The notes beneath the pieces were generated by a model. The model worked only from the letters and a program-made list of their open reading frames with translations, searched no databases and was not told the DNA's origin. A DNA stretch of 64,000 nucleotides from Vicinamibacteria bacterium (GTDB lineage Bacteria; Acidobacteriota; Vicinamibacteria; Marinacidobacterales; Marinacidobacteraceae), in contig OZ219816.1 of assembly GCA_964291235.2 (NCBI GenBank), positions 1,088,001 through 1,152,000 on the forward strand, given 5' to 3'. Below are positions 16,128 to 26,396 of this stretch, piece by piece (position 1 is the stretch's first letter; the number at the start of each line of letters is the position of its first letter). A program made the translations under genes and the position numbers.

Positions 16128-18943
16128 TCAGAAGTGGATGCGAATCGCGAAGCGCGCGATCCGGGGCGAGAGGTAGTTGGAGATCCGACCGTAGTTTGGG
16201 CCGCTCGAGGTGTTGATTGCGGTCAGCGTGTTCTGGTTCGTGATGTTGAAGAGGTTGAGCTCCGGAGAAACGCGGAAACGGCCGGCCTGGAAGTCGCGGA
16301 AGAGCGCGATGTCGAAAGTCGTCACGTTGTCGAGCCGTTCGGTTCCGACCGGTACCGCCAGGATGGAGGCGCCGCCCTGGTTGAGGCCGCCCACGAAGAT
16401 GGTCCGGCCGACCGGAGCGCCGGTCTGGTAGCGCATCACGCCCGAGGTCCGGAAACCGAAGGGTGCGTGCCAGGTCCCGATGGCCTTGAACTGGTGGGTG
16501 CGGTCGTAGAAGGACTTGCCCTGGGCGTTCACCTGCGAGTTCGGGTTCCCGAAGATGCCGGGGTTGGTGTTTTCCCACTGCCCGCCGCGGGTCCAGGTGT
16601 CGGTGTCGTTCCAGGTGTAGGACACGAGCGCCTGCCAGTTGTTCGAGAACCGCTTCTGGGCGATCAGTTCCACCCCCTTGTAGTCGGTCTCGAACTTGTC
16701 CACGGTGGCGATCTGCAGTTGGCTCTGGCCCACGAGATGCTCGGGAAGGTTGTACACGGTGAGCATCCCGCCGTCGTCGCCTGTTCCGGCCATGTTGTCC
16801 GGCCCCGGATCCTGCACCTGCATCGCCTCGTAGGCGGAGTCGGGCGCCAAGAGGTTGATCGTATCCGACTTGTCGTCGCTGGTGCGCCGACTGAAGGTGG
16901 CCGACAGCCAGATGTCTCCCGCGAACTCGCGTTCGAGGCTTATGGTGAATTCGTCGGTGTATTCGTGCTTCAGGTCGGGGGAGATCGTGTTCACCGCTGC
17001 TTCGGCGCCGAACGCGTTGGCGAGCAGAGTGCCCTGTTCGCCGTCCTGGAACTGCCGATCCCCGTTCAGGTCGCTCCATGTCCACCGGTTCGTAAGGCCG
17101 CCGTTCTGGTTCACGAAGTTGGCGAACCCGGTCGAGAACTGGTGGTAGTAGCGCCCCCAGCTCGCCTTCAGGGCGCTTTGGCCGCCTTCTTCGAGCCCGA
17201 CCACGATGCCGACGCGGGGCGCGAAGCTCGCGAGGTCGAGGAGGCCGGTGCGTTCCGCGAAGTCGCGGGGACAGCCGTTCGCGGCGGTGCACCAGCGTCC
17301 GTCCGGACTGTTCTGCTCCGGCAGCCAGCCGTGATAGCGGTCCCAGCGGAGTCCGAGCTTCAGGGTGAAGCGGCCGCTGGTGATGATGTCGTCAATGTAG
17401 GCGGAGGTCTGGTCGAGGGTCTGCCCGTCGTGGCGGGGGGTGTTTCGAAGCCAGACCTGATCCGCCACGTTGTTGTTGAAGCGGAGGAACACGTCGTCGA
17501 TCGCGGTGGTCTCGTTGCGGATCGGGTTGTGCGAGTACTCGACCCCAACGTTGAACTCGTGGTCGGCGCCGGCGATGTCTTCCGCGAAGTAGGTCAGGTC
17601 GCTCTTGTAGGAGAAGCGCTTCCGCTTGCGCTCCACGTTGTAGTCGCGCGCGTTCAGGAAGACGCGAGGCCCACGTCCTGGCCCGCCTGCAGTCCGGCCG
17701 CCTGGGCTTCTTCGGAGTGATAGGTCGGGAAAAAGACGTTCAGATGGGAGAAGCGGGTCTCGAGCAGGGCGCTCTCGCTCAGCGTGGAAGTCCAGGTCGC
17801 CTGGACGATCCGGAAGGTGTCGTCCTCGATCCAGGTCGCTTCCGGAGGACGAGACTGGTCGAGTCCGCGCCGCGGCTTCCAGTAGGTCATCTCGTGCCAT
17901 TCGAGGCTCATCTTGTTGCTCTGGTTGAGGTCGGTGTCGCTCTTGAGGACGAACTGGCGCATGTCGGTGTCTTCGGTAACGTCGGTGACGCCGGAGACGT
18001 ACCGGTGGACCTTCTCATCGCGGAACGAAAAGTAGAAGGTGGAGCGGTCACGGATCACCGGCCCCCCGATCTGGCCGTTGAAGTCGCTCAGGTAGTCGAA
18101 CTCCGAAGCGGTGCCGCCGCGCGACTCCAGCTCGCTGCTGAAGTTGTCGAACTGGGTGGCGTCGTTTTGGTAGAAGGCGCCCACAGAGCCGGTGAATTCG
18201 TTGCTGCCGGTCTTGGTCACCATGTTCAGGTACACACCGGGAGCGTTCACCGAGGCCGGGTGGGAGCCGACTTCGACCTGGACTTCTTCGAAGCTGTCGT
18301 AGTCGTAGTAGTAGCCGCTGGCGCCGAGGGCCGCGGGGCAGGTCACGTTCACCCCGTTCAGGTAGTAGCTGTTCTGGCCCCAGGAGGTTCCGCGGCCCGA
18401 GAACACGGCCTGCAGGCCGGTCTCGCTGCCGCCCACGTCGAGGCGGTTGGTGGTGACTCCGGGCGCCTGGTGCTCGAGCAGCGACCAGACGTCGCGGGCA
18501 CTCGGCACCTCTTCGAGCAGGCTCTGGTCGAAGGTGGCGCCGATGACCGTGCTCTTGGTGTCGAGCAGCGGCGCCTCACCGACCACCGTCACTGTCTCTT
18601 CGAGCTGGGACAGGTCGAGGGTCACGTCCAGCCCGGTGGTGCGGCCGATGTCCACCCGGACTTCCTCATAGATTCGTGTCTGGAAGCCGCCGAGCTCGAA
18701 GCGCACCGTGTAAATGCCGGGCGAAATCGCGAAGAAGCGGTAGCTGCCGGTGCCGGAGCTGACGGCGACCTCGCTGCCGCCTTCTCCGCTCAGGGTGACG
18801 GATACCCCGGGAAGCACCTGCCCGGTACCGTCGACGACACTTCCCTCGACGGTCCCGGACTGGGTCTGTCCGGTTGCAAACGCCGCGCTAAGCGCGATGG
18901 CGAGAAAGGCGAAGAGGGAACTTCGCAAGTACGACTTCCTCAT
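16128..18943 (-). pseudogene. TonB-dependent receptor-like (Oar-type, N-terminal carboxypeptidase-regulatory-like domain); frameshift near 17665
   Basis: Signal peptide, GTVEGSVVDGTGQVLPGVSVT, plug region (EEVQV, VTKTGSN), beta-barrel C-terminus NLFNITN...PRIARFAIRIHF. Two ORFs join if one G is added (CTC GGC GTC TTC). Confidence 0.85.
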
Positions 18944-19276
18944 GGGATCCTCCTGGAATCAGACTGGGCCGAGTGGTGATGGAGTAGAAGAGCGGACCCA
19001 TCGGGCCCGCCCGTTCGGACAACGAGAATGTGGTTCGGGGATGTGGTGCGGGGGTGTCGTCCCGGGCAGGGCACCGCGCTCGCCATGAGCGCTCCGGGCC
19101 GATTTGTCAGGCGGCTTGCCAGCCGAGTGGGCGCCGGTTGTCCAATCCGATGGATTCAGGGAACGGGAGACGAAGCCACGGGTGGGAGGTTCCGACGCGA
19201 CAAGAGACGCAGAACCCCCCGAATCTGAACGCATGGTGGCTCCATTTCCTCCATCGGCCTTCCAAACCGGGAAACT

Positions 19277-19285
19277 CTTATACCA
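19277..19285 (-). promoter_or_regulatory. Candidate extended -10 promoter for the TonB-dependent receptor gene
   Basis: TGGTATAAG on the minus strand in an otherwise GC-rich region, about 330 nt upstream of the ATG; no well-spaced -35. Confidence 0.3.
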
Positions 19286-19375
19286 CATGCTCCGCCCAGA
19301 CGGAGGCAAGACTGGTACCGCGGTCGGCGGGGCCGGTCGGCGGCCCGGAAAATCCGTCTGCCCGAAAACTGGGCG

Positions 19376-19585
19376 GGAGCGCCAGCCTCCGGCTGGCATC
19401 GCCGAGCACAGCGAGGCGAAACTCCCGACTTGGTCAGCCCCGACGGTACCAACCCAAGCGGGGACAGCGCATCGCCGTACGGGAGCGCCGCGCCACCCTG
19501 CTGGGCTGCGGCGCCATCCGGGAGGGTTGACGACGGGAGTTTCGCTCCGCTCCGCGGAGCGATGCCGGCCAGAGGCCGGCGCTCC
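19376..19585. repeat. REPIN/MITE-like element A, copy 1
   Basis: About 50-bp imperfect terminal inverted repeats (GGAGCGCCrGCCTCyGGCyGGCATCGC...GCGAAACTCCC). Reverse-complement homolog at 34264-34484, including the inner segment. Confidence 0.85.
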
Positions 19586-19693
19586 TGGCCGGCGCTCCTC
19601 TGGCTACCCGGATCCGAAGGCCTGGTGAGTTTTCCACCACGGAAACGAACAATGGCAGCGAACTTTGTTCGCTGCCTGCGAGTTCGGGGGAAA

Positions 19694-19818
19694 GTGTGAA
19701 AGGGGGTTCACCCCCTGTCACAAGACGGTAACGACGAATCGCAACTCGCCGCCGCGCGCCAACGGCGCGCAAGGGAGTTGTGGTTCGCGGCGCGCCAGTT
19801 CTCCCGGTGGGGGGGCGC
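19694..19818. repeat. Composite repeat: diverged B-like hairpin, module D and 27-mer module E
   Basis: 19746-19779 matches 34197-34230 (rc); 19792-19818 is identical to 28240-28266; 19694-19745 resembles 28188-28240. Confidence 0.7.
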
Positions 19819-19914
19819 CGGGCGGTAAGGAAGCGGGGCTCTGCTGTTTGATGGCCAGCTGGTTCCCGTTCCTCTTGCGTTGGAGTCGCCCCGCTTCCTT
19901 ACCGTTCGACGCAC

Positions 19915-21090
19915 TCAAGGCGATCGCGTCCGGGCGCAGGAGAAAAGCGCCTGCTGCGCCGTTGTCCAGTCTCCTGAACCATCGGCGTGCTGGATCAGCA
20001 TCCGGCCCTCGCGATACATCCCGAGGTTCAGAGTGAACTCCTTGGCGTTCGATTGGCGGCCGGTGTGGTCCCAGGCGGCGGGAATTGTGGGGTCGCTGAA
20101 GCGGTAGGCCCCGGTCCGGCCGTAGGCGATCTCGTTGGACCAGACATCCATTCCGGGAATGCGCCCGGCGAGCGAGCCTCCCTCCAGCGGCAGCGTGGTC
20201 TCCATCTCGAGGATTCCGGGAATGAGCGCCCGGCGAAGGACCTCTCCGGGGCTGCGCAGCTCGGTGATCGAGAGCGGCACCTGGCGGATCGCGCGGTAGC
20301 GCTGCGGAGCGCCGGGCGCCAGGCTTCGGAAGATTCCGAGGATGGCCCGGCGCCGCGACTCGGTGAGTTCTTCGTCGAAGTAGAGGGCGACCCACGTTTC
20401 CGGGCCCAGCGTCACGAATCGGGCGCCCGCCAGGTCGAGGCCGCCATAGTGCCCCGCGTTGATGTGGGTGGCGGTGGTGGCATGGCAGGGAGGGTGAGAC
20501 GGCGGCCCGTTCGAACGGCAGGGGCAGGGGGTGTTGCAGGGGCAGGCGGTGAACGCGTGGCCCGATATCTCCCAATCGGGAAACCCGGTGTTCCGAACGG
20601 CGCGCGGCCCCGCCTCGACCGGAAGACGCATGCCGTTACCGCCGCTCGGGCGAAGCACGAAGCGGATCGTGTCCGCGAACCGGACGGCGGTGGGTTCGCC
20701 GTCCACCAGCGTCGGTTCGTAGGTCCAGCGTCGGGCCGCGGCGGCCGCGGCGGCGCCGAGATCTGCCGGCCCCCGGAGGGAGCGGGCGTCCGCCACCGTC
20801 CCGTCGCGCGCGATGGTCAGTTCCAGAATGACGAGCGCCTCTTCGCCCCGTTCCCGGGCCGACTCCGGGTAGGCGGGCGGTTCGAAGCGGATCCTCTCCG
20901 GACGGCGGACATCCCCGCCCACCGGCACGACCTCCCCCTCCGGGAGAGCCGCGGGCGGGATGCTCCCGGAGTCCGGCGCCGCGGTCGCCTCCGGTGTCTG
21001 CTCCTCGGGGCGCTCGCCGCAGCCGCCGCCCAGCAAAACCAGGAGGGCGGCATAATGCGGGAGGCGGCGTAGCCGATGGAACCAGGACAT
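19915..21090 (-). CDS. Lipoprotein: TonB C-terminal domain fused to a DUF1326-like Cys-rich domain
   Basis: Lipobox GGGC; TonB_C (PPAYPESARERGEEALVILELTIARDGTV...WTYEP); then WEISG..ACPCNTPCPC..PPSHPPC..GHYGGLDLAG..LYFDE. Confidence 0.8.
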   Translation of the reverse strand: MSWFHRLRRLPHYAALLVLLGGGCGERPEEQTPEATAAPDSGSIPPAALPEGEVVPVGGDVRRPERIRFEPPAYPESARERGEEALVILELTIARDGTVADARSLRGPADLGAAAAAAARRWTYEPTLVDGEPTAVRFADTIRFVLRPSGGNGMRLPVEAGPRAVRNTGFPDWEISGHAFTACPCNTPCPCRSNGPPSHPPCHATTATHINAGHYGGLDLAGARFVTLGPETWVALYFDEELTESRRRAILGIFRSLAPGAPQRYRAIRQVPLSITELRSPGEVLRRALIPGILEMETTLPLEGGSLAGRIPGMDVWSNEIAYGRTGAYRFSDPTIPAAWDHTGRQSNAKEFTLNLGMYREGRMLIQHADGSGDWTTAQQALFSCARTRSP

Positions 21091-21113
21091 CCGGTTGCCG
21101 CCGATTCTGACTC

Positions 21114-22244
21114 ATGTGCCGAAACGTCCGTCGAACTCTGTCTTTCGCGCTCTGCGGATGGGTGTTCGCCGCGCCGGTTGCCGGCCTCCAGGAGGCGCCG
21201 CCCGAGCCCGAGATCGTGGAGGCGGCGGCCCTCATCCAGGCCGGAAACAAGGATGAAGCGGAGCGGCTGCTGAACGAGTTCCTGGTGGGGCGGCCCTGGG
21301 ACGTCGGGGCGTTTCACCAGGTCGGCGCCATGTGGCTCGTCGCCGGGGAACCCGAACTCGCGGTCCCAGCGCTCGAGGGAGCGGTGGCGCGCGCGCCGAG
21401 CTTCGTGGACAGCCGGTTGGCGCTTGGACAGGCCTACGGACAACTCGGCAACGTGGAAGATGCCCTGATCCAGTTGGAAGCAGTCTCCCGAACGGCCCCT
21501 GAACGTTCGGAAGCACCCTACCTTGCCGCCGCGGTGCTCGACCAGGCGGGACGGCTCTCGGAGGCGGTTGACCAAGCTGCCCGGGCCGTGGAGCTCGCGC
21601 CGCGGGATGCCGGGATGCGGCGATTCCTGGGCCGGCTTCTGCTGCGCATCGAGCACTGGCCCGAGGCCCAGGCCGAACTCGAACGCGCGCTCGAACTCGG
21701 GTACCGCGAGGATCCCGCGATCTTCTTCGACCTCGGGGGGGCGCTCGTTGGCCAGGAGCGCCTGGAGGAGGCGCGGGGCGCCTATGAGCGGCACCTGGAG
21801 CTTGCGCCTGACGACGCCGAGACGCTCCTGCAGATCGGATATCTCGATTGGCGCCGCGAGGACTACGCGGCTTCGGAAGCTCGCCTCGAGCGAGCTATCG
21901 CGCTTGATCCCGGCCTCCGCCGGGCCCACCATTTTCTCGGCCTGACGGCGTTCCGCCGACAGGAATTCGACCGCGCGGAGGCGGCTTTCCGCCGCGCTCT
22001 CGAAGGGGAGGAGGATTTTCCGGAGGCTTGGTTCAACCTCGGGAAAATCGCGCTCCAGCGGGGGGCTACGGAGGAAGCGGCGCGCCTGTTGGAGACGGCG
22101 ATCCAGTATTCCCCGGACTATGCGGACGCGTACTACCAGCTCTCCTTCGCCCGGCGCCGGCTCGGCGATCCGGATGGAGCGGCGGCCGCGCTCGAGCGGT
22201 TCGAGGCACTCAAGGCCGAAGAAGCCGGCAAACCGGAGCCCTGA
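21114..22244 (+). CDS. Secreted TPR protein
   Basis: Signal-like N-terminus; many TPRs (EAWFNLGKI, ADAYYQLSFA). Confidence 0.85.
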   Translation: MCRNVRRTLSFALCGWVFAAPVAGLQEAPPEPEIVEAAALIQAGNKDEAERLLNEFLVGRPWDVGAFHQVGAMWLVAGEPELAVPALEGAVARAPSFVDSRLALGQAYGQLGNVEDALIQLEAVSRTAPERSEAPYLAAAVLDQAGRLSEAVDQAARAVELAPRDAGMRRFLGRLLLRIEHWPEAQAELERALELGYREDPAIFFDLGGALVGQERLEEARGAYERHLELAPDDAETLLQIGYLDWRREDYAASEARLERAIALDPGLRRAHHFLGLTAFRRQEFDRAEAAFRRALEGEEDFPEAWFNLGKIALQRGATEEAARLLETAIQYSPDYADAYYQLSFARRRLGDPDGAAAALERFEALKAEEAGKPEP

Positions 22245-22265
22245 CAAACGAGGTCCAAATCTCAG

Positions 22266-22646
22266 TTGGTGTTGCATCTGTTTCGGAGGCCTGAGCCGGA
22301 CTCCCACCAAGCCCGGATGGCGGCGGAGCGGGAGCGGGTCCGGCAATCCATGCGGGAGCAGAGGGTGCCGGGTCTGTCCCGGGAGGAGCCCTGGTGGAAG
22401 GAACGGCTGGGGAGCGGGACGAAACTGGAATGGATGCTGGTTGGCGCGTTCGGTTTGGGGTTCGTCCTGTTTACCTACCAACGGGACGGGCTCGGTAAAG
22501 CCCTGTTGTTCGGCGCCGCCCTGGTCTCCAGCACGCTGATCAGCGGTTGGTGGAAAAAACGCGAGGAAGCCAAAGCCAAGGAGGAACGAAAGCCTCTCCT
22601 GGAACGCGCCGATGCGGAGCGCGACGAGCACGACAACCGGAGCTGA
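22266..22646 (+). CDS. Small hypothetical membrane protein (2 TM)
   Basis: Two hydrophobic segments flanked by charged regions; fills the gap between co-oriented genes. Start uncertain. Confidence 0.6.
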   Translation: MVLHLFRRPEPDSHQARMAAERERVRQSMREQRVPGLSREEPWWKERLGSGTKLEWMLVGAFGLGFVLFTYQRDGLGKALLFGAALVSSTLISGWWKKREEAKAKEERKPLLERADAERDEHDNRS

Positions 22647-22721
22647 TCCCGCGCCTTGCCGCTGGCGGTTCGCCGGGTCCGGCGCGGACGCGTACCATGG
22701 GCTCGCCGTGGTAGGAGCTTC

Positions 22722-23726
22722 ATGATGCGTTCGAGACGAATCCTCACTGGCGCGCTCTGGCTGATCGCGTTCTCCGCCCCGCCGGGTTTCGCCCAGTCCA
22801 GCCATCCGCCGGTAGCGACGTTTTCCATCGTCGCCTATGACCCGGGCACCGGCGAGATGGGAGTCGCGGTGCAGTCCAAGTACTTCTCGGTAGGGCATGT
22901 GGTGCCGTGGGGCGAGGCTGGAGTCGGGGTGGTGGCGACCCAGGCGAACGTGAACGCCGGCTACGGTCTCCAGGGGCTCGACCTCCTGCGGCAGGGGCTC
23001 CGGGCGGAGGAAGTCAAGGACCGCTTGCTCGCGGAGGACACCTTTCCCGGAGTGGAAGGCCGGCAGTTCGCCGTCGTGGACGCGAACGGCGGCATTGCGG
23101 TCCATACCGGGCCCACCGCGAATTTCTGGGCGGGCCACCGGGTGGGGGAGAACTACTCGGCGCAGGGGAACATCCTGACCGGACCGGAAGTCGTGGAGGC
23201 GATGGGGGACGCTTTCGAAGCGGCGGAGGGCACGCTCGCCGAGAAAATGCAGGCGGCGATGGTCGCCGGGCAGGAGGCTGGAGGTGACAGCCGCGGCCGC
23301 CAGTCATCGGCGATGCTGGTGGTCGGCAAAGGCATGGGCCGGAACATCAACAACGACGTGGTGGCGAGGCTCCAGGTCGAGGATCATCCCCGGCCGATCG
23401 AGGAGCTGGGACGGGTGCTAAACATCAACCTGGCGATCACCGCGATGTCCCGCAGCCGGGAACGGAACGAGGCCGGTGACGGCGCCGCCGCGTTGGCCGC
23501 CGCCGAGAAAGCGACGGAGCTCTGGCCGGAGGCGTCGGATACCTGGCTGAACCTCGGCCTGCTGAGCTACTCGCTTGGCAACCGCGACCGGGCACTCGAT
23601 GTCCTCAAGAGAGCGGCGGGGATGAACGAACTTTTCCGGGGCCAACTGGAATCCACCATCGGCTGGACCCGGCATCCCGGGCTCGACGACGAGTTCCTGG
23701 CGGCGCTCTTCCCGGGGGGATCCTGA
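22722..23726 (+). CDS. DUF1028 (Ntn-hydrolase-like) protein with C-terminal TPR, secreted
   Basis: ATFSIVA, GVAVQSK, VVATQA, QGNIL, GGDSRGRQSSA, DHPRPIEEL; AGGAG RBS before ATG 22722. Confidence 0.85.
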   Translation: MMRSRRILTGALWLIAFSAPPGFAQSSHPPVATFSIVAYDPGTGEMGVAVQSKYFSVGHVVPWGEAGVGVVATQANVNAGYGLQGLDLLRQGLRAEEVKDRLLAEDTFPGVEGRQFAVVDANGGIAVHTGPTANFWAGHRVGENYSAQGNILTGPEVVEAMGDAFEAAEGTLAEKMQAAMVAGQEAGGDSRGRQSSAMLVVGKGMGRNINNDVVARLQVEDHPRPIEELGRVLNINLAITAMSRSRERNEAGDGAAALAAAEKATELWPEASDTWLNLGLLSYSLGNRDRALDVLKRAAGMNELFRGQLESTIGWTRHPGLDDEFLAALFPGGS

Positions 23727-23769
23727 GAGGTCTGTCTGCGGCTGGCAGGGGCGCCGCGCAGTTCGTAGC

Positions 23770-24705
23770 GTGACCGGTTCCTGGGCCGCGGCACTGGCCG
23801 TCGCGGCGGCGCTGGGTGCTCAGGCCGCCCAGCCTCCCGACGAACTTCTGCGGACGGGCCAGCGATGGCTCGACGCGGGGAACGCGGCCGCGGCGGTGGA
23901 GAGTTTCCGGCGGCTCGTGGAGGCGGCGCCTGATTCCCGCTCCCACTACTACCTGGGAGTGGCGCTGTTACAGGACGGACAGCCCGAAGAGGCGTTGGCC
24001 GCGCTGCGGCGCGCCGAGAATCTCGCCAGCACGCCCAACCTGGCGCTGGCCTTGTCGCTCGGCACGGCGCTGCTCCGGAACGGGGACTCCGAGGGAGCCC
24101 TGTCGGTGCTTGAGCGTGCCGCCGAACGGCACCCGCGCGCCGTTCCCATCCTGCTGCAGCTCGGATACACCCACTACGCGCGGCTCGAGGGAGAGGCCGC
24201 CCGAGCGGTGCTTCTGAGGGCCCGGGAAGCCGCGCCGGCCAACCCGTTGGCCCACTTCTACCTCGGCCTGGCCGAGGCGGCGCTCGGCGCTCTGGAGCCG
24301 GCGGCGGTTTCGTTCCGCGAGGCGATCCGTCTCGACCCGGGCAATCCGGAAGCGCCGGTGGCGCTTGGCCGCAGCCTGTCCCAGTTGGGCCGGACCGAAG
24401 AAGCGCGCGAGGCGTACCGGGCGGGGTTGGCACGCGCCCCCGGTTCGCCCGCGGCACTCGTCGGGCTCGGCAGGTTGCATCTCCAGGGCGGAGAAGCGGC
24501 GGAGGCGGCGGCCCTGTTCCACGCCGCTCTCGAGAGCGCCCCCGGCCACCGGCAGGCGCTCTACAACCTCGCGGCTTCGCTTTCCCTCCTCGGCCGCGCC
24601 GAGGAAGCGGCCGAGATCCGGCGCCGATTTGCCGAAGCCGCGGCCTCCGGGGAGGATCCGGCGCGTTCGCTCTCCCGGACCCGCTCGAAGACCCGGCCGC
24701 GCTGA
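23770..24705 (+). CDS. Secreted TPR protein
   Basis: TPR units (SHYYLGVALL, LAHFYLGLA, QALYNLA); TGATG coupling to the next gene. Confidence 0.85.
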   Translation: MTGSWAAALAVAAALGAQAAQPPDELLRTGQRWLDAGNAAAAVESFRRLVEAAPDSRSHYYLGVALLQDGQPEEALAALRRAENLASTPNLALALSLGTALLRNGDSEGALSVLERAAERHPRAVPILLQLGYTHYARLEGEAARAVLLRAREAAPANPLAHFYLGLAEAALGALEPAAVSFREAIRLDPGNPEAPVALGRSLSQLGRTEEAREAYRAGLARAPGSPAALVGLGRLHLQGGEAAEAAALFHAALESAPGHRQALYNLAASLSLLGRAEEAAEIRRRFAEAAASGEDPARSLSRTRSKTRPR

Positions 24706-26396
24706 TGCGGAAGGTTCCGCTCGCGCTTGCCGCGTCCCTTGCCGCGTCGCCCGGGGCCGCCGAGGACTTCGTCTTCGTGGACCGGACCGACCGAGCGGGA
24801 ATCCGGTTCCACCACGAAGAGGGCGGCAGCGGGCGGCGCTACGTCATCGAGATTGTCGGTGGGGGCGTTGTGGTCTTCGACTACGACACCGACGGATGGC
24901 CGGATCTGTTCTTCGTGAACGGACATCCCCTGCCGGGCGATGCAGGCGGAGCCACAGTGGGAAACCGTCTTTTTCGCAACCAGGGCGACGGAACCTTCCG
25001 GGATCGCACCGCCGAGGCCGGCCTCCTGGCTGCGGCCGGGGAGCGGCGCTACGGCATGGGCGGTGTCGCGGGCGATCTCGACGGGGATGGCGACCCCGAC
25101 CTCTTCCTCACCCACTTCGGCGAGGAACGGCTCTTTTGGAACCTGGGAGACGGAACATTTCGGGAGGCCCCGGGCGCCGGCGGAGCGAGCGATCCCCGCT
25201 GGACCACGAGCGCGGCGCTCTTCGATCCGGACCGCGACGGGGACCTGGACATCTATGCCGCCAACTACCTCGACTACGCGCTCGAGCGGCACCGGGACTG
25301 CGTGAGCCCGGTCAAGGAGGTTCTCGCCTACTGCCACCCGCAGGAGTATCCGGGCGCCCCGGATTCGTATTTCGAGAATCTCGGCGACGGGACCTTCCGG
25401 AGTCTCGTGGTACCGGGCTCGCAGGAAGGCAAGGGCCTGGGGGTGGTAATCACCGATCTCGGCCGCGACGGAGCACCCGAGGTGCACGTTGCGAACGACA
25501 CTACACCCAACTTTCTGTTCCGGACCGAGTCCACGCCGGACGGCATCCGTTTCCTGGAGGACGGCCTCGCCTCGGGGATCGCATATAACGAGGAGGGGTT
25601 GCCCGAAGCCGGGATGGGGAATGACTTTGGGGACGTGGACCGCGATGGGCGCATGGACCTCGTGGTGACGAATTTCGATTTCGAGACGAACACGGTCTAC
25701 CGAAATCTCGGGGGCGGCCTCTTTCTGGACGCTACCGCCTCCTTCGGCATGGGCAGCGAGAGCCTCACCGAACTCGCCTTCGGGTGTGACTTCGCGGACC
25801 TGGACAACGACGGGTGGCTGGATCTGGTGGTCGCAAATGGCCACATCCTCGACAACATTGCCCAAATCCAGTCGAACTTGCGGTTCGCCCAGCCTGGCCA
25901 GGTGTTCCGAAATGATCGCGGGCGCCTCCGGCGCAGTCCCGAGAGCGAGGGAGACTTCGCCCGGCCCCGGGTGGGGCGAGGACTTGCGACTCTCGACTAC
26001 GACCTCGATGGCGACCTCGATCTGGTCCTTGCGAACAACCGCGGTCCCGCCGAATTGCTCGAGAACCAGGGAGGGTCCGAAGCGGGGCGCTCCGTGGGAT
26101 TCTCGTTGGTTGGGACGGCGGGAAACCGCGAGGGGATCGGAGCGTCGCTGAGGCTCGGGAACGGCGGCCTCGTGCAGTGGGAGGAGCGGCGGGCAGGCGC
26201 CAGCTACCTCGCCCAGCACGATCCGGTGATGTGGTTCGGCCTCGGCCCGGCAGTGAGCGCGGGCGACATCAGGGTTCGCTGGCCGTCGGGGCGCGAGGAG
26301 TCCTTCGGGTCCCTGCCAGCCGGATGGATCCACGTCCTGAAGGAAGGTTCCGGCCGGGTCGGCGGTTTCGGGTTGGGGAACCGGGAGGAGCCGTGA
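24705..26396 (+). CDS. CRTAC1/ASPIC-UnbV family protein
   Basis: DxDxDG repeats, EAGMG, RGLATLDYDLDGD, SYLAQHD..WFGLG, VRWPSG. Confidence 0.88.
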   Translation: MRKVPLALAASLAASPGAAEDFVFVDRTDRAGIRFHHEEGGSGRRYVIEIVGGGVVVFDYDTDGWPDLFFVNGHPLPGDAGGATVGNRLFRNQGDGTFRDRTAEAGLLAAAGERRYGMGGVAGDLDGDGDPDLFLTHFGEERLFWNLGDGTFREAPGAGGASDPRWTTSAALFDPDRDGDLDIYAANYLDYALERHRDCVSPVKEVLAYCHPQEYPGAPDSYFENLGDGTFRSLVVPGSQEGKGLGVVITDLGRDGAPEVHVANDTTPNFLFRTESTPDGIRFLEDGLASGIAYNEEGLPEAGMGNDFGDVDRDGRMDLVVTNFDFETNTVYRNLGGGLFLDATASFGMGSESLTELAFGCDFADLDNDGWLDLVVANGHILDNIAQIQSNLRFAQPGQVFRNDRGRLRRSPESEGDFARPRVGRGLATLDYDLDGDLDLVLANNRGPAELLENQGGSEAGRSVGFSLVGTAGNREGIGASLRLGNGGLVQWEERRAGASYLAQHDPVMWFGLGPAVSAGDIRVRWPSGREESFGSLPAGWIHVLKEGSGRVGGFGLGNREEP

